Source of the DNA: Bacteroidota bacterium
GTDB taxonomy: Bacteria; Bacteroidota; Ignavibacteria; Kapaibacteriales; Kapaibacteriaceae
Direction of reading: 5' to 3'
Length of the DNA stretch: 64,000 nucleotides
Assembly (NCBI GenBank): GCA_039795225.1
Contig: JBDKEN010000002.1
Coordinates: 334,869 to 398,868 of the forward strand
The position numbers and the translations under genes are program-made. The notes beneath the pieces are model-generated. The model saw only the letters and a program-made list of their open reading frames with translations. It did not search any database and was not told where the DNA came from. Of this stretch, positions 28,712 through 39,992 are shown in pieces (position 1 is the first letter of the stretch; every line of letters begins with the position of its first letter).

Positions 28712-29878
28712 ATGTCCTTCCAGCATCCAGACTACTACAACATCGACGAACTCCTCACCGAGGAGGAAAAGCTCGTTCGTCAAACCGTGCGGGATTTTGT
28801 CGACAATGAAGTTCTACCCATCATCGAACAGAGTGCTCGCGATGGCGTCTTCCCGATGCATTTGGTGAAGAAGATGGCCGAGATCGGCTTGTTTGGGATC
28901 ACCTTGCCGCAGGAGTACGGTTGTGCCGGACTCAATAGCACCTGTTACGGACTCGCCATGCAGGAGTTAGAGCGCGGTGATTCGGGCATTCGATCGTTTG
29001 CTTCGGTGCAGAGCTCGCTTGTGATGTACCCGATCTATACGTTCGGCTCGGAAGAACAGCGGCGCAAGTGGCTCCCAAAGCTCGCTGCCGGCGAAGCCAT
29101 TGGTTGTTTTGGACTTACAGAGCCGGATGCCGGATCAAACCCAGCGTCGATGGTGACCAATGCCAAGCGCGTTGATGGAGGATTCATCCTCAATGGTGCC
29201 AAAATGTGGATTACCAACGGCACCCTAGCCGACGTTGCGGTGGTGTGGGCCAAGCTTGACGGCGTTGTCCGTGGCTTCTTGGTCGAGAAGGGCATGAAGG
29301 GTTTTACGGCGCCGGAGATGAAGGGTAAGCATTCCCTGCGGGCCTCCGTGACTTCGGAATTGGTATTTCAGGATGTCTTTCTGCCGGAAGAGAATATTCT
29401 CCCGGGCGTTGAGGGTCTTCGCGGACCGCTTTCCTGTCTCACACAGGCACGCTTTGGAATCTCCTGGGGTGTCGTCGGTGCGGCCATGGCCTGCTACGAT
29501 TCGTCGCTGAACTACGCAAAAACACGGATTACTTTCGGCAAGCCAATTGCCGGCTACCAGATGATCCAGGAGCGCCTGGTACTCATGCTCAACGAGATCA
29601 CGAAGGCACAGCTCCTTTGTTGGCGTCTTGGACGGATTAAGGATGCCGGCCAGCTTCGACCGCAGCAGGTATCGCTGGCCAAGCGTAACAACTGTGAAAT
29701 GGCGCTCACCATTGCTCGGATGAGTCGGGAGATTCACGGGGCGAACGGAATCCTTGACGAGTACCCGATAATGCGCCACGCGGCCAACCTCGAATCGGTC
29801 AAGACCTACGAGGGAACCCACGAAATGCATACCCTCATTCTTGGACAGGACATTACTGGTCTGAACGCCTTTTCGTAG
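28712..29878 (+). CDS. gcdH: Acyl-CoA dehydrogenase, glutaryl-CoA dehydrogenase-like
   Basis: Starts MSFQHPDYYNIDELLTEEEKLVR. Also carries GCFGLTEPDAGSNPASM, GAKMWITNGTLADVAVVWAK and YEGTHEMHTLILG. The track ORF (from 28559) reads through the heptamer array and is rejected. Confidence 0.85.
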   Translation: MSFQHPDYYNIDELLTEEEKLVRQTVRDFVDNEVLPIIEQSARDGVFPMHLVKKMAEIGLFGITLPQEYGCAGLNSTCYGLAMQELERGDSGIRSFASVQSSLVMYPIYTFGSEEQRRKWLPKLAAGEAIGCFGLTEPDAGSNPASMVTNAKRVDGGFILNGAKMWITNGTLADVAVVWAKLDGVVRGFLVEKGMKGFTAPEMKGKHSLRASVTSELVFQDVFLPEENILPGVEGLRGPLSCLTQARFGISWGVVGAAMACYDSSLNYAKTRITFGKPIAGYQMIQERLVLMLNEITKAQLLCWRLGRIKDAGQLRPQQVSLAKRNNCEMALTIARMSREIHGANGILDEYPIMRHAANLESVKTYEGTHEMHTLILGQDITGLNAFS

Positions 29879-29922
29879 GTGGGTGGGGAAAAGTTCCCTA
29901 TATTTGCGATCGGATTCGAGGG

Positions 29923-29950
29923 GTGGGCGATGTCGCCCACTTTTCGTTTG
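29923..29950 (+). terminator. Rho-independent terminator after gcdH
   Basis: GTGGGCG-ATGT-CGCCCAC followed by TTTTCGTTTG. Confidence 0.6.
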
Positions 29951-29984
29951 TGGTTCTGTGTTTGCGATCTACTGACGGAGTCAT

Positions 29985-30449
29985 ATGAAGGAAACCCTGC
30001 CGGAGAGGATCCGGGCGGCTATCGCCGAAGCGTGCGATCAGGCCGGGGTTTCGCTCATTGACATCGTCGTGAGGGGGCAAGCTCGCCAGCTGGTGCTTGA
30101 CGTGATCATCGACGCGATCGATGGTATCACCCACGAGCACTGTCGATTGGTGAGCCGCGGAATCGACGAGCGCCTAGAGGAGGATGAGTTTGCCGGCCGC
30201 CTTCGGGCGGTCGATGTGTCTTCACCCGGTGCAGAGGCACCGGTGAAGCATCTCTGGCAATTGACGAAGCATGTTGGTCGCACGGTACGGGTGCGTCGGA
30301 GGGATGGAGTCGTTGTAGATGGAGTTCTGCAGCGTGCCGACGATACCGGACTGGACGTTCAACCAAAACAATCGAAGAAAGATCCCTCGCCCCTTGTCAG
30401 CATTCCAGCAGACGAGGTGGAAGAGGCAATGGTACGGATCACGTTTTAA
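29985..30449 (+). CDS. rimP: Ribosome maturation factor RimP
   Basis: Located immediately upstream of nusA. Sequence LIDIVVRGQARQLVLDVIID...VSSPGAEAPVKHLWQLTKHVGRTVRV. Confidence 0.85.
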   Translation: MKETLPERIRAAIAEACDQAGVSLIDIVVRGQARQLVLDVIIDAIDGITHEHCRLVSRGIDERLEEDEFAGRLRAVDVSSPGAEAPVKHLWQLTKHVGRTVRVRRRDGVVVDGVLQRADDTGLDVQPKQSKKDPSPLVSIPADEVEEAMVRITF

Positions 30450-30475
30450 GGGGACAGGCATGTTGCCTGTTCGTC

Positions 30476-31951
30476 ATGGAGTCGAAACACATGGCACGTC
30501 GAAAGGTCAAACAGCAGGTCGATAACAAGAAGCTCATCATCGATGCCTTCAATGAGATGGCGCGCGAAAAGAGCATCGACCGTGACTTGTTGCAGGGAAT
30601 CGTTGAAGAAACACTCTCGGCGATGGTGCGAAAGAAGTATGGATTGGAGTCCAACTTCGACATCATCGTGAACATGGAGAAGGGCGACATTGAAATCTAC
30701 CTCATGCGTGAAATCGTTGAGGAGGTTGAGAACCCTGAACTCCAGATCTCTGCAGAAGAGGTTCGCGAAGTCACAGGTGAAGAGCCGGAAATTGGAGACG
30801 AGCATATCGAGGAAATCACCCTTGAGAACATTGCGGACTCCTTTGGTCGGCGCCTTATTGCACAGGCCATCCAGAACCTCAACCAGCGTATTCGCGACGT
30901 TGAGAAGGACAATATCTACGAAGAGTATGCGAAGCGTGTTGGTGAGGTCATCATTGGTGAGATTTACCAGGTTCGACCGAACAACATCCTTGTGATGCAT
31001 AACAAGGTGGAAATGCGTCTTCCTCGGGAAGAGCAGATCCCGACGGAACGTCTGAAGAAGAATCAGCAAGTGAAGGCCATTTTGAAGGAAGTTCGTCGCT
31101 CCGGTGGAGCTACGGGTCTTCCAGATTTGATCCTGTCACGTGCCGATGACCGATTCATGGCGCTGTTGTTTGAGCAGGAGATTCCAGAAATCTTTGATGA
31201 TATCATCCAGATCCGGGCAATTGCTCGTGAGCCAGGTGAGCGCGCGAAGGTGGCCGTTACGTCACTTGACGAGCGCGTTGATCCGGTAGGCGCTTGCGTC
31301 GGTATGAAGGGGATCCGTATTCACTCGATCGTTCGAGAATTAGGAAACGAGAACATCGACATCATCGAGTATCACGAAGATCCACGGTTGTTCATCGCCC
31401 GTGCGCTTTCACCGGCCAAGGTGCGTGATGTCCAGATCAGCGAAGATGGGCGTTCGGCAACGGTAATCGTACCGGACGACCAGGTGTCACTGGCAATTGG
31501 CAAGCAAGGTCAGAATGTGCGCCTTGCATCGAAGCTGACAGGATATTCGCTTTCTCTTGTGAAGGAGGGGGCTGAAGACATCGAACTCATTGAGTTCCGC
31601 GATGAACTCGGTCGCGAGTTGTTTGAGAAGCTTATTCGTGCCGGAATTGATACGGCTCGTGAGTTCCTCGAGGCCGAACCAACCACGGTCCTGGCAATTA
31701 TGGACAAGGCGAAGGTTGTCCGGATCCGTCGCATCATTCTCGAAGAATTTGAAGAGCGTGAAGATCAGCATTATTTGATCGCGTTGGAAGATGCGGCCTC
31801 GGCCGCAGAAGCACCAGCAGCGACGGCTGAGGACTCGGATATTGCCGAGTCGTATGCTGAGGATACGCCAGAAGTGTATGAAATGGATGTTGATGAATCC
31901 CTTGAGACCGAAGAGTCGTCGGATGCATCAACAGAAAATGAAGAAGTGTAA
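30476..31951 (+). CDS. nusA: Transcription termination/antitermination factor NusA (acidic C-terminal tail)
   Basis: Sequence LIIDAFNEMAREKSIDRDLL. The S1 and KH regions are present (GACVGMKGIRIHSIVRELGNENIDII; LAIGKQGQNVRLASKLTG). The alternative start is ATG 30491. Confidence 0.95.
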   Translation: MESKHMARRKVKQQVDNKKLIIDAFNEMAREKSIDRDLLQGIVEETLSAMVRKKYGLESNFDIIVNMEKGDIEIYLMREIVEEVENPELQISAEEVREVTGEEPEIGDEHIEEITLENIADSFGRRLIAQAIQNLNQRIRDVEKDNIYEEYAKRVGEVIIGEIYQVRPNNILVMHNKVEMRLPREEQIPTERLKKNQQVKAILKEVRRSGGATGLPDLILSRADDRFMALLFEQEIPEIFDDIIQIRAIAREPGERAKVAVTSLDERVDPVGACVGMKGIRIHSIVRELGNENIDIIEYHEDPRLFIARALSPAKVRDVQISEDGRSATVIVPDDQVSLAIGKQGQNVRLASKLTGYSLSLVKEGAEDIELIEFRDELGRELFEKLIRAGIDTAREFLEAEPTTVLAIMDKAKVVRIRRIILEEFEEREDQHYLIALEDAASAAEAPAATAEDSDIAESYAEDTPEVYEMDVDESLETEESSDASTENEEV

Positions 31952-31962
31952 TCGAAGGAAGT

Positions 31963-34900
31963 ATGGCTGGTTCTACCGGAAATAAACTCTTTAAGGTCGC
32001 AAGCCAGATCAACATCGGGCGCGATGCGATCGTCGAATACCTTGCCTCGAAGGGTCATAAACTCGAGAATAAGGCAACGACGGTCCTCACCGATGAGCAA
32101 CTGGACCTTGTAATCGAGAAGTTTGCCAAGGAGCTGAAGTCCGCGCAGAAACAGCGTGAAAAGGTTCAGCGTCAGCAGGCTGTTCGCAAGAGTCACATCG
32201 AGCAGGGAAGTGCTGTATCGATTGAGACGATTGCTGAGGCTGAGGAGCGCGAGCGCGAAATCGAAGAGCGCCTCGAGCGCGTCGAACCGGCCGCTCAAGC
32301 TCCCGCCGTCCAGGAAGTCGAGGCTGAGGCACCTGCCCCAGCACCAGCTCCTGTCCCGGTAGAAGCCGTAGAGGAGCTGCACGTTCCCGCCCCAATCGAG
32401 GAGGTTGAGGCCGCCCCTGCTGTTGTGGAACAACCTGAAGCTCCAACAGGTGTAGCTGTTGCGGCACCGGTTGGACCTTCCGTGGGATCAGTCATCGACT
32501 TACGCGAAGCAAAGCGGAAAGAAGAAGCCGACAAGGCTGCAAAGGCTGCTGGTGCAAAGGCGGGCAAGAACTACGAACCAACCGCTGTTAAGCCTAAGCC
32601 TGCAACTCCAGCCGAAACGCCGGTTCCTGCCGAGGCCGCAGCTGCAACCGCAGCAACACCTGCCGAAGGTGCTGCTGAAGGTACCGGTGAAGATGTCGAT
32701 GAAAAGAAGGGTAAGCGTCGTCGTAAGGGCGTGATCGAAGTGGAATACAACCCGAGTGGTCACACGCAACTGCGTGGACTCACCGTTGTTGGTAAGATCG
32801 ACCTTGCACCGAAGCCACCGCCGCGTCCGAAGCGTGATGAGCGCCGACCAAACGAGCCGCGTGAAGGTCGTCGTGGTGCGATCGGTGATGCGTTGGTAGC
32901 AAGAGGTCGTGGTCCAGCCGGTGCGGGTGCACCTGGTTCGGGAGCAGGATCTTCTGACGCGAATCGTCGACGTGACTTTGGTCCACCAGCCCCGTCAGCA
33001 GCAGCCAAGAAGGCTGATGACAAGAAGAAAAAGAAAACAGCTCCAAAGGGTATGCGCACCCAGGTGTCGGATTCCGACGTCGAACGCGCGATTCGTCAGA
33101 CTCTCTCAGGCATGGAGTTCGCTCCTGCCGGTGGCCGAGCAAAGCTGCGGATGCGCAAGCGACTTGAGCGCGAGGAGAAGGAAGCGATCCGTCAAGAGGA
33201 GCTTGCCCGCGAGAGTTCAACTCTGCGTCTATCCGAGTTTGTTACAACGGCCGACTTGGCCAACATGATGCGTGTGACGGCCTCCGACATCATCATGAAG
33301 TGTATGAGCCTTGGTTTGATGGTTTCCATCAACCAGCGTCTCGACAAAGACACAATCACACTGATTGCGTCAGACTACGGATTCGAGGTTTCCTTCCTCG
33401 ATGAACAAGCAGAGCAAGAGGAAGCCGAAGTTGAGGATGCACCAGAGACGTTGGAGCCGCGTTCGCCAATCGTGACCATCATGGGTCACGTCGACCACGG
33501 TAAGACTTCGTTGCTGGACTACATTCGTAACGCCAACGTGGTTGCCGGTGAAGCTGGTGGTATCACACAGCATATTGGTGCATACCGTGTTGAGTTGCCG
33601 AATGGACGGACGATTTCCTTCCTTGACACTCCGGGTCACGAGGCCTTCACGGCCATGCGTGCACGTGGTGCGCAGGTCACGGATATCGTGGTTCTCGTTG
33701 TTGCTGCTGATGATAGCGTGATGCCCCAGACGATTGAGGCTATTTCTCACTCGCAAGCAGCCGGTGTCCCTATCGTTGTCGCAATCAACAAGATTGACCG
33801 TCCGGAAGCCAATGCTGACCGGATTCGTCAGCAGCTCGCTGATCATGGAGTTCTCGTTGAAGACTGGGGTGGTAAGTTCCAGTGTGTCGAGATCTCTGCG
33901 AAGTCAGGTCTGAACATTCCAACGCTTCTTGAGAAGATCCTTCTCGAAGCAGACATCCTCGAATTGAAGGCGAACCCAAATCGTAATGCTCGTGCAACGG
34001 TTATCGAAGCACACATTGATAAGGGGCGCGGAAATGTTGTCACGGTTATTGTCCAAAAGGGAACCCTCAACGTTGGAGACATCTTTGTCTGCGGTCAGTT
34101 CGCTGGCCGTGTTCGCGCGATGTTTGATGAGCGGGGTCATCGTTTGGATTCTGCCGGACCTTCGATGCCAGCCCAGGTGACAGGTTTTGATGGTTTGCCG
34201 AATGCGGGCGACGTCCTGCTTGAAATGGAAACCGATGCCGAAGCACGTGACGTGGCCACGCGACGTCAGCAGTTGCGTCGTGAGCAGCAGTTCCGTGGAA
34301 TGCGTCACATGACGCTTGATGATATCTCTGCACAAATTCAGCAAGGGGGCGTGAAGGAACTCCGCATGATCGTCCGCGCCGATGTAAGCGGTTCGGTCGA
34401 AGCTCTTACGGACTCCTTGCAGAAGCTTTCGACATCTGAAGTTAAAGTGCGCATCCTCTATCGTGGAGTTGGCGCGATCTCTGAGAGCGACATCATGCTT
34501 GCGTCGGCATCCGATGCGATCATCGTTGGCTTCCAGGTGAACGTTCCGCCAGCTACTCGGAAACTTGCCGAAAGTGAGAGCGTCGAGATTCGTCTCTACT
34601 CGATCATCTACGACTGTATTAATGAAGTTCAGTTGGCCCTCGAGGGTATGCTCTCTCCGGATGTTAAGGAAGAGATCACATCAACGGTGGAAATCCGCGC
34701 CGTCTTCAAGATCAGCCGTCTTGGCACAATTGCTGGATGTTACGTCCAAAACGGGAAGATTACGCGGAACGACAAGGTTCGCATTCTCCGTGATGGATTT
34801 GAAATCTACAAGGGTACGCTCACCTCGCTCAAACGTGTGAAGGATGATGTCCGTGAGGTCGATACCGGCTATGAGTGCGGTATTGGTATTCAAGGTTTCA

Positions 34901-34968
34901 ATGACCTAGAAGTTGGTGACATCATTGAGAGCTACAAGACCATCGAAGTGAAACGGAAGTTGTCGTAA
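31963..34968 (+). CDS. infB: Translation initiation factor IF-2
   Basis: G-domain motifs [22 protein letters not shown] and NKID. The N-terminal third is A/P/E/K-rich and low-complexity. Confidence 0.97.
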   Translation: MAGSTGNKLFKVASQINIGRDAIVEYLASKGHKLENKATTVLTDEQLDLVIEKFAKELKSAQKQREKVQRQQAVRKSHIEQGSAVSIETIAEAEEREREIEERLERVEPAAQAPAVQEVEAEAPAPAPAPVPVEAVEELHVPAPIEEVEAAPAVVEQPEAPTGVAVAAPVGPSVGSVIDLREAKRKEEADKAAKAAGAKAGKNYEPTAVKPKPATPAETPVPAEAAAATAATPAEGAAEGTGEDVDEKKGKRRRKGVIEVEYNPSGHTQLRGLTVVGKIDLAPKPPPRPKRDERRPNEPREGRRGAIGDALVARGRGPAGAGAPGSGAGSSDANRRRDFGPPAPSAAAKKADDKKKKKTAPKGMRTQVSDSDVERAIRQTLSGMEFAPAGGRAKLRMRKRLEREEKEAIRQEELARESSTLRLSEFVTTADLANMMRVTASDIIMKCMSLGLMVSINQRLDKDTITLIASDYGFEVSFLDEQAEQEEAEVEDAPETLEPRSPIVTIMGHVDHGKTSLLDYIRNANVVAGEAGGITQHIGAYRVELPNGRTISFLDTPGHEAFTAMRARGAQVTDIVVLVVAADDSVMPQTIEAISHSQAAGVPIVVAINKIDRPEANADRIRQQLADHGVLVEDWGGKFQCVEISAKSGLNIPTLLEKILLEADILELKANPNRNARATVIEAHIDKGRGNVVTVIVQKGTLNVGDIFVCGQFAGRVRAMFDERGHRLDSAGPSMPAQVTGFDGLPNAGDVLLEMETDAEARDVATRRQQLRREQQFRGMRHMTLDDISAQIQQGGVKELRMIVRADVSGSVEALTDSLQKLSTSEVKVRILYRGVGAISESDIMLASASDAIIVGFQVNVPPATRKLAESESVEIRLYSIIYDCINEVQLALEGMLSPDVKEEITSTVEIRAVFKISRLGTIAGCYVQNGKITRNDKVRILRDGFEIYKGTLTSLKRVKDDVREVDTGYECGIGIQGFNDLEVGDIIESYKTIEVKRKLS

Positions 34969-34970
34969 TC

Positions 34971-35351
34971 GTGTCAATTCGTACTGAACGCGTGGCCGGC
35001 GAGATTCAAAAGGCCCTGGCAAGCCCCTTGCGTACGATTGCTAGTGAGATTGCAGCAGGATTCATCTCTGTTACCGAGGTGCGTCTTTCGGCAGACTTAC
35101 AGATCGCTCGGGTCTACTTGAGCGTGTTCGGTGGAAAGTGTACGCCTGCAGAGGCGCTAACGCAGATCGAACAGCATTACATGGGACGAGTCCGCCATCA
35201 TTTGGCAACTTCGCTCCGGCTACGATACACTCCGCAATTACAGTTCTTCATTGATGATTCCCTCGATCGGGCGCAACGCATTGAGGCGATCCTCGATCGA
35301 GTGCGTCCCGTTGATGAAGCACATCCTGATGGTACGGAAACGAATGAATGA
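34971..35351 (+). CDS. rbfA: Ribosome-binding factor A
   Basis: GTG start 2 nt after the infB stop codon. Sequence RTERVAGEIQKALA..VTEVRLSADLQIARVYLSV. Confidence 0.9.
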   Translation: MSIRTERVAGEIQKALASPLRTIASEIAAGFISVTEVRLSADLQIARVYLSVFGGKCTPAEALTQIEQHYMGRVRHHLATSLRLRYTPQLQFFIDDSLDRAQRIEAILDRVRPVDEAHPDGTETNE

Positions 35352-36075
35352 TCGAATGACGCTCGATCGTTCGACGAGTTCGGCAATCGAGCAATGGTTG
35401 GAAGCAGCACGAACGGATGGTGCGATCGCGCTCATTGACAAAGAAGAAACGTGGACGTCGTTTGACTGTGTGGCGAAACTTCGCAATCTGACTCGAGTCA
35501 AACGCGTAGGCCATGCTGGCACTCTGGATCCTCTTGCAACGGGGCTCCTGGTGCTCTGCTTTGGTACGGCAACAAAAGACATTGAGTCCCTCCAAGAAGG
35601 GACGAAGACCTATGGTGTCGAAATACGACTCGGTGCAGACTCCACTACGGATGATCGCGGTGGTGCGTGTACGGATCGTGACTGTGAGCCGAGCTCCAAC
35701 GAGCAAATCATTGCTGCGCTAATGTCGTTTCGTGGAACCATTGAGCAGACGCCGCCAGACTACAGCGCTGTTCGTCATCAGGGGCGCCGTCAGTACGATC
35801 TCGCCCGGCAAGGCATAGAGTTTGTTGCGAAAACCCGACAGGTCACCATTTATGACATCTTCAATGTCGAAGTGAAATGGCCGTTGGTATCGTGCACAAT
35901 CACATGTTCGAGAGGAACATACATCCGCAGTATCGCTCGTGACCTTGGTCGGGCTCTCGGTTGCGGTGGGTATGTCTGGGCGTTGCGACGCACGGCCAGT
36001 GGGATGCATTCGGTTGAACATGCGCTGCGTATTGATGAGCTCAAAGACCTCCTTCTTCCAAAGGAGGCTCTGTGA
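35344..36075 (+). CDS. truB: tRNA pseudouridine(55) synthase
   Basis: Motif VGHAGTLDPLATGLLVLCFGTATK. ATG 35344 overlaps the rbfA end by 8 nt. The alternative start is ATG 35356. Confidence 0.92.
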   Translation: MNDRMTLDRSTSSAIEQWLEAARTDGAIALIDKEETWTSFDCVAKLRNLTRVKRVGHAGTLDPLATGLLVLCFGTATKDIESLQEGTKTYGVEIRLGADSTTDDRGGACTDRDCEPSSNEQIIAALMSFRGTIEQTPPDYSAVRHQGRRQYDLARQGIEFVAKTRQVTIYDIFNVEVKWPLVSCTITCSRGTYIRSIARDLGRALGCGGYVWALRRTASGMHSVEHALRIDELKDLLLPKEAL

Positions 36076-37031
36076 ATATTGTGCGCTACGGTGTTGACGC
36101 TCTTACCTTTGATCCTGCATCAGCAGTTACCGTGGGGACCTTTGATGGTGTGCACGTTGGCCATGCAGGCATTCTTGATCTGATGCGGTCGGTTGCGAGT
36201 GCAAATCATGAACGCATTGTCGTCGTCACCTTTGACCCTCATCCGCAGATCGTGCTTGCTCGGCCTGACCGTGAGCCGCTTCGATTACTTACCAGTATTG
36301 ATGAGCGCTGCGAATTGCTCGAACAGCAAGGTGTGCATACAACAGTCGTAATACCTTTTACGAAGGAGTTCGCTGCTACGGAGGCTGAAGACTTTGTATC
36401 GACCATTATCGTTCGTGGAGTTGGTGTACAACACTTCTTCATTGGCCATGATCATGTTTTTGGCAAGGATCGTGGTGGAAATGAAGAGTTGTTGCAGCGC
36501 CTAGCTCCAGCGTGCGGTTTTACCGTGGTTCCGATACCACCTCTCTCATTTGATGGAGTCGTGGTCAGCAGTACCAAGATTCGTGCGGCGGTCAAGACCG
36601 GCGATGTTGCAAGTGCCGCCACAATGCTTGGGCGTCCGTATACGGTTCGTGGCAGAGTGATTCGTGGTGATGGTCGTGGACGGCAACTCGGCATCCCCAC
36701 GGCAAATATCATGTCCCAAGATCCGCACAAGCTCATGCCCGGAAACGGGGTGTATGTCGTGGTTGCAACGATCGACGGACAGCCTCGGCTGGGAATGGCA
36801 AACATCGGTGTGCGACCGACGTTCACGACGGATATGCTTCCAACTCTCGAGGTGCATTTCCTCGACGTTGACGCAGATCTCTACGACAATGACATTGACG
36901 TACACTTTATCGCGAAGATTCGCGACGAGCAACGATTTTCGGGGCGTGAGGAATTCCTCGCGCAACTACAACAAGACAGAATTCAAACAACAACCTATCA
37001 ATATCAACTAAAGGAATGGAGGACACGATGA
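36072..37031 (+). CDS. ribF: Bifunctional riboflavin kinase / FMN adenylyltransferase
   Basis: Motifs [10 protein letters not shown] and [19 protein letters not shown]. The GTG start overlaps the truB stop codon (GTGA). Confidence 0.93.
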   Translation: MNIVRYGVDALTFDPASAVTVGTFDGVHVGHAGILDLMRSVASANHERIVVVTFDPHPQIVLARPDREPLRLLTSIDERCELLEQQGVHTTVVIPFTKEFAATEAEDFVSTIIVRGVGVQHFFIGHDHVFGKDRGGNEELLQRLAPACGFTVVPIPPLSFDGVVVSSTKIRAAVKTGDVASAATMLGRPYTVRGRVIRGDGRGRQLGIPTANIMSQDPHKLMPGNGVYVVVATIDGQPRLGMANIGVRPTFTTDMLPTLEVHFLDVDADLYDNDIDVHFIAKIRDEQRFSGREEFLAQLQQDRIQTTTYQYQLKEWRTR

Positions 37032-37294
37032 TCTCCAAGCAACGCAAGGCCGAGGTGATCGCCCAGTACGGCGGAGCAGCCTCGAACACAGGTAAGCCCG
37101 AAGTGCAGATTGCCCTTTTGACAGAGCACATCAAGGCCCTGTCGGCACACTGTGAACAGCACAAGAAGGATCACCACTCACGTCGTGGTTTGATCATGCT
37201 TGTTGCCAAGCGCAAGAATCTTCTTGGCTATCTGCAGAAGAACGACGTCCATCGCTATCGCGAGATCGTCGCTCAGCTCGGACTGCGCAAGTAA
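37028..37294 (+). CDS. rpsO: 30S ribosomal protein S15
   Basis: Sequence [55 protein letters not shown] overlap with the ribF stop codon. The track start at 37016 would add 4 aa. Confidence 0.93.
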   Translation: MISKQRKAEVIAQYGGAASNTGKPEVQIALLTEHIKALSAHCEQHKKDHHSRRGLIMLVAKRKNLLGYLQKNDVHRYREIVAQLGLRK

Positions 37295-37312
37295 TCCACG
37301 CTACTCTTTTGT

Positions 37313-37350
37313 GGCGGCGACCATCAGGGATGGTCGCCGCCCATCTTGTT
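37313..37350 (+). terminator. Strong hairpin after rpsO (terminator or attenuator)
   Basis: Perfect 13-bp stem GGCGGCGACCATC / GATGGTCGCCGCC with loop AGGG. The tail CATCTTGTT is U-poor. Confidence 0.6.
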
Positions 37351-37379
37351 CACTCTTCCATGGCATCGTGGCACTCTTT

Positions 37380-37410
37380 GTCAGGGGGCTCTCCACATCA
37401 GCCCCCTGAC
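37380..37410 (+). promoter_or_regulatory. pnp leader hairpin
   Basis: 11-bp stem GTCAGGGGGCT / AGCCCCCTGAC with a 9-nt loop, about 64 nt upstream of the pnp ATG. Confidence 0.45.
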
Positions 37411-37473
37411 AAGGAGTGATGGCTGACCGCGGTGCCGTGATAACCCGAATGACGGGTTGGCATTCATCCACTT

Positions 37474-39897
37474 ATGGAGTGCAGTATGCACACGGTCAAA
37501 AAGATCATTAACGGCAAAGAACTGTCGATCGAGACAGGTCGCTTTGCCAAACTTTCCGCCGGCTCGGTGATGGTCACCTACGGCGAGACAATGGTGCTGG
37601 TTACGGCAAATGCGAGTGCAGAGCCAAAGCCTGATATCGACTTCCTTCCCCTTACCTGCGAGTATCGCGAAAAGCTTGCATCGTCAGGAAAGATTCCTGG
37701 AGGGTTCTTCCGACGCGAAGGACGTCCAACAACAACTGAGATCCTCACATCACGTCTGCTTGATCGACCATTGCGCCCCCTGTTCCCAAAGGAATGGCGT
37801 AACGACACGCAGGTCATTGCCACGGTCTACTCCTATGACATGGAGAACGAACCGGATATGTTGGCAGCGATCGGTGCTTCGGCAGCACTCATGATCAGCG
37901 ACATTCCGTTCAAGGGGCCGATCGCCGAAGTGCGTGTTGGCCGCGTGAATGGTGAGTTCATCATCAATCCAACGCATTCACAGATTCAAGAGTCCGATCT
38001 CGAGATCATGGTTGCTGGCTCTGATTCCTCAATCGTCATGGTTGAGGGATCCAGTAAGGAGATCTCAGAAGATGAGTTCATCGCAGCGATGGACTTTGCG
38101 CATCATTGGATTCGCGAAATCAATGCCCTGCAGCGTGAGCTGATGTCGATGCTCGATATCAAGAAGCGCGAGCTGGTATCGAACGAAACCCCACAGGAGT
38201 TGGTTGCCGCCGTTGAGGAGGCAATCACGGAACGCATTCGTACGCAGATTCGCATTGAGTCATCAAAGGAACAGCGCAGTGCCTTCCGTACGGAAGTCAA
38301 GAGCCTGGCAACTGCAGCTGCGAATGCGGTTGTTGAAGCAAACCCAGAAGCCTATGCCGGCATCAATATCGGCAAGATGCTTGGTGGCATCGTCAAGAAG
38401 ATCGAAGCACGCGAAATGCGCGAGATGATCCTCGCTGAAGGTCGTCGACTTGACGGTCGTTCGACGACACAGATTCGTCCGATCACCGTTGAGACGGGCG
38501 TTCTTCCACGTACGCACGGCTCGGCACTCTTTACCCGCGGCGAAACACAGTCACTGACGACGATTACGCTGGGAACGAAGAAGGATCAGCAGCTCATTGA
38601 TGGATTGCTGCCGACGTATGATGTGCGGTATATGCTGCATTACAACTTCCCACCATTCTCAACCGGCGAAACAGGCCGTTTTGGCTTCACGAGTCGTCGT
38701 GAAACCGGCCACGGTGATCTTGCCGAACGTTCGCTGAAGCACTTCATCCCGGACGAGAACGAGTTCCCATACACTATCCGTGTTGTTTCGGATATCCTCG
38801 AGTCGAATGGTTCTTCATCGATGGCAACGGTCTGTGCGGGATCGTTGGCACTCTTTCACGCCGGTGTTCCAATGAAGAAGGCTGTGGCGGGTATCGCCAT
38901 GGGTCTGATCATGGAGGATAATCGCGTTGCCGTCCTAAGTGACATTCTGGGCGATGAAGACTTCCTCGGAGACATGGACTTTAAGGTTACGGGTACCTAC
39001 GAAGGTATCACTGCGTGTCAGATGGATATCAAGATCGAAGGATTGTCCGTCGACATCATGCGCACAGCCCTTCAGCAAGCCCGCGATGGACGTCTACACA
39101 TCCTTGGCATCATGAATGCCCATATGGACAAGCCGAACACGGACCTCTCTCCATATGCACCGAAGCTAACCACCATCCAGATCCCAGTCGAGACGATCGG
39201 CGCCGTGATCGGACCAGGTGGCGAAATGATCCGCAGCATTGTGAAGGAAACCGGTGCTGAGATCAATATCGAGGATGATGGTACGATCACGATCGCAGCG
39301 ATTGATCAGGCAAGTGCTGATGCGGCGATTGCTCGTATTCGCGACATCACGCGTCCAATCGAGCTCGACTCGGTTATCAAGGGTAGGGTCAAGGAAGTAC
39401 GCGAAGGCCTTGGAGCCTTTGTGGAACTCAAGCCGAAGAAGGAAGGCCTTCTGCACGTCTCCCAGATCGATCACCGTCGTGTTGAGAACGTCTCCGATGT
39501 TCTCAAGGTTGGCGACATCATCGAAGTAAAGGTGATTGAAGTACAACCAGACGGAAAGATCCGTCTTTCACGCAAAGCCCTCCTACCACTCCCAGAGGGA
39601 ATGGAGCCATACGAGGACCGTCCACGTCCACCACGCGATCGTGATCGTGGTGGTGACCGCGGTGGTCGCGGTGGTGATCGCGGCGGACGTGGTGGTGACC
39701 GCGGTGGTGACCGCGGCGGACGTGGCTTTGACCGAGATCGTGGTGGACGCGGTGGTGATCGCGACCGCGGCCCACGAGGCGATCAGGGTCCGCGCCCAGA
39801 GCGCAGGGATGATGACCGACCACGCAACGACGCACCACGCGAAGAACGTCCACCCCGCGATGAACCATCGGGCGGTGACGATTTCTTCGTCGGCTGA
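37474..39897 (+). CDS. pnp: Polyribonucleotide nucleotidyltransferase (PNPase) with a ~100-aa RGG/RD-rich C-terminal extension
   Basis: Two RNase PH domains (e.g. [32 protein letters not shown]), a KH domain ([11 protein letters not shown]) and an S1 domain ([16 protein letters not shown]). The tail reads [50 protein letters not shown]. The alternative start is ATG 37486. Confidence 0.96.
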   Translation: MECSMHTVKKIINGKELSIETGRFAKLSAGSVMVTYGETMVLVTANASAEPKPDIDFLPLTCEYREKLASSGKIPGGFFRREGRPTTTEILTSRLLDRPLRPLFPKEWRNDTQVIATVYSYDMENEPDMLAAIGASAALMISDIPFKGPIAEVRVGRVNGEFIINPTHSQIQESDLEIMVAGSDSSIVMVEGSSKEISEDEFIAAMDFAHHWIREINALQRELMSMLDIKKRELVSNETPQELVAAVEEAITERIRTQIRIESSKEQRSAFRTEVKSLATAAANAVVEANPEAYAGINIGKMLGGIVKKIEAREMREMILAEGRRLDGRSTTQIRPITVETGVLPRTHGSALFTRGETQSLTTITLGTKKDQQLIDGLLPTYDVRYMLHYNFPPFSTGETGRFGFTSRRETGHGDLAERSLKHFIPDENEFPYTIRVVSDILESNGSSSMATVCAGSLALFHAGVPMKKAVAGIAMGLIMEDNRVAVLSDILGDEDFLGDMDFKVTGTYEGITACQMDIKIEGLSVDIMRTALQQARDGRLHILGIMNAHMDKPNTDLSPYAPKLTTIQIPVETIGAVIGPGGEMIRSIVKETGAEINIEDDGTITIAAIDQASADAAIARIRDITRPIELDSVIKGRVKEVREGLGAFVELKPKKEGLLHVSQIDHRRVENVSDVLKVGDIIEVKVIEVQPDGKIRLSRKALLPLPEGMEPYEDRPRPPRDRDRGGDRGGRGGDRGGRGGDRGGDRGGRGFDRDRGGRGGDRDRGPRGDQGPRPERRDDDRPRNDAPREERPPRDEPSGGDDFFVG
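39634..39770 (+). repeat. Imperfect in-frame GGT-GGT-GAC/CGC-type repeats encoding (GGDRGGR)n
   Basis: Read directly in the pnp 3' region. Confidence 0.8.
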
Positions 39898-39926
39898 TCA
39901 TCGAGATTTAGTGGGTGATAATTCAA

Positions 39927-39970
39927 GGGGCGATGCACGATACACTGTGCATCGCCCCTTTCTTCTTCCC
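39927..39970 (+). terminator. Rho-independent terminator after pnp
   Basis: 12-bp stem GGGGCGATGCAC / GTGCATCGCCCC with loop GATACACT, followed by TTTCTTCTTCCC. Confidence 0.8.
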
Positions 39971-39992
39971 GTATCTTCGCCATCGAAAAGTC

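Noticed and set aside
29899-29906. TATATTTG, matching the Bacteroidetes -7 promoter consensus TAnnTTTG, upstream of rimP
   Set aside because: It lies before the gcdH terminator hairpin rather than after it, and I could not find a convincing -33 element. A single 8-mer match is too weak to call a promoter.
29225-32433. Long antisense ORFs (29225..29830, 30446..31069, 31771..32433) opposite gcdH, nusA and infB
   Set aside because: These are shadow ORFs. The sense-strand genes are highly conserved, and the antisense translations are low-complexity with no motifs.
37419-37511. 30-codon uORF (MADRGAVITRMTGWHSS...) after AAGGAG in the pnp leader
   Set aside because: The SD-like motif is only 2 nt from the ATG. 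The ORF overlaps the pnp start out of frame. Nothing beyond its openness suggests it is coding.
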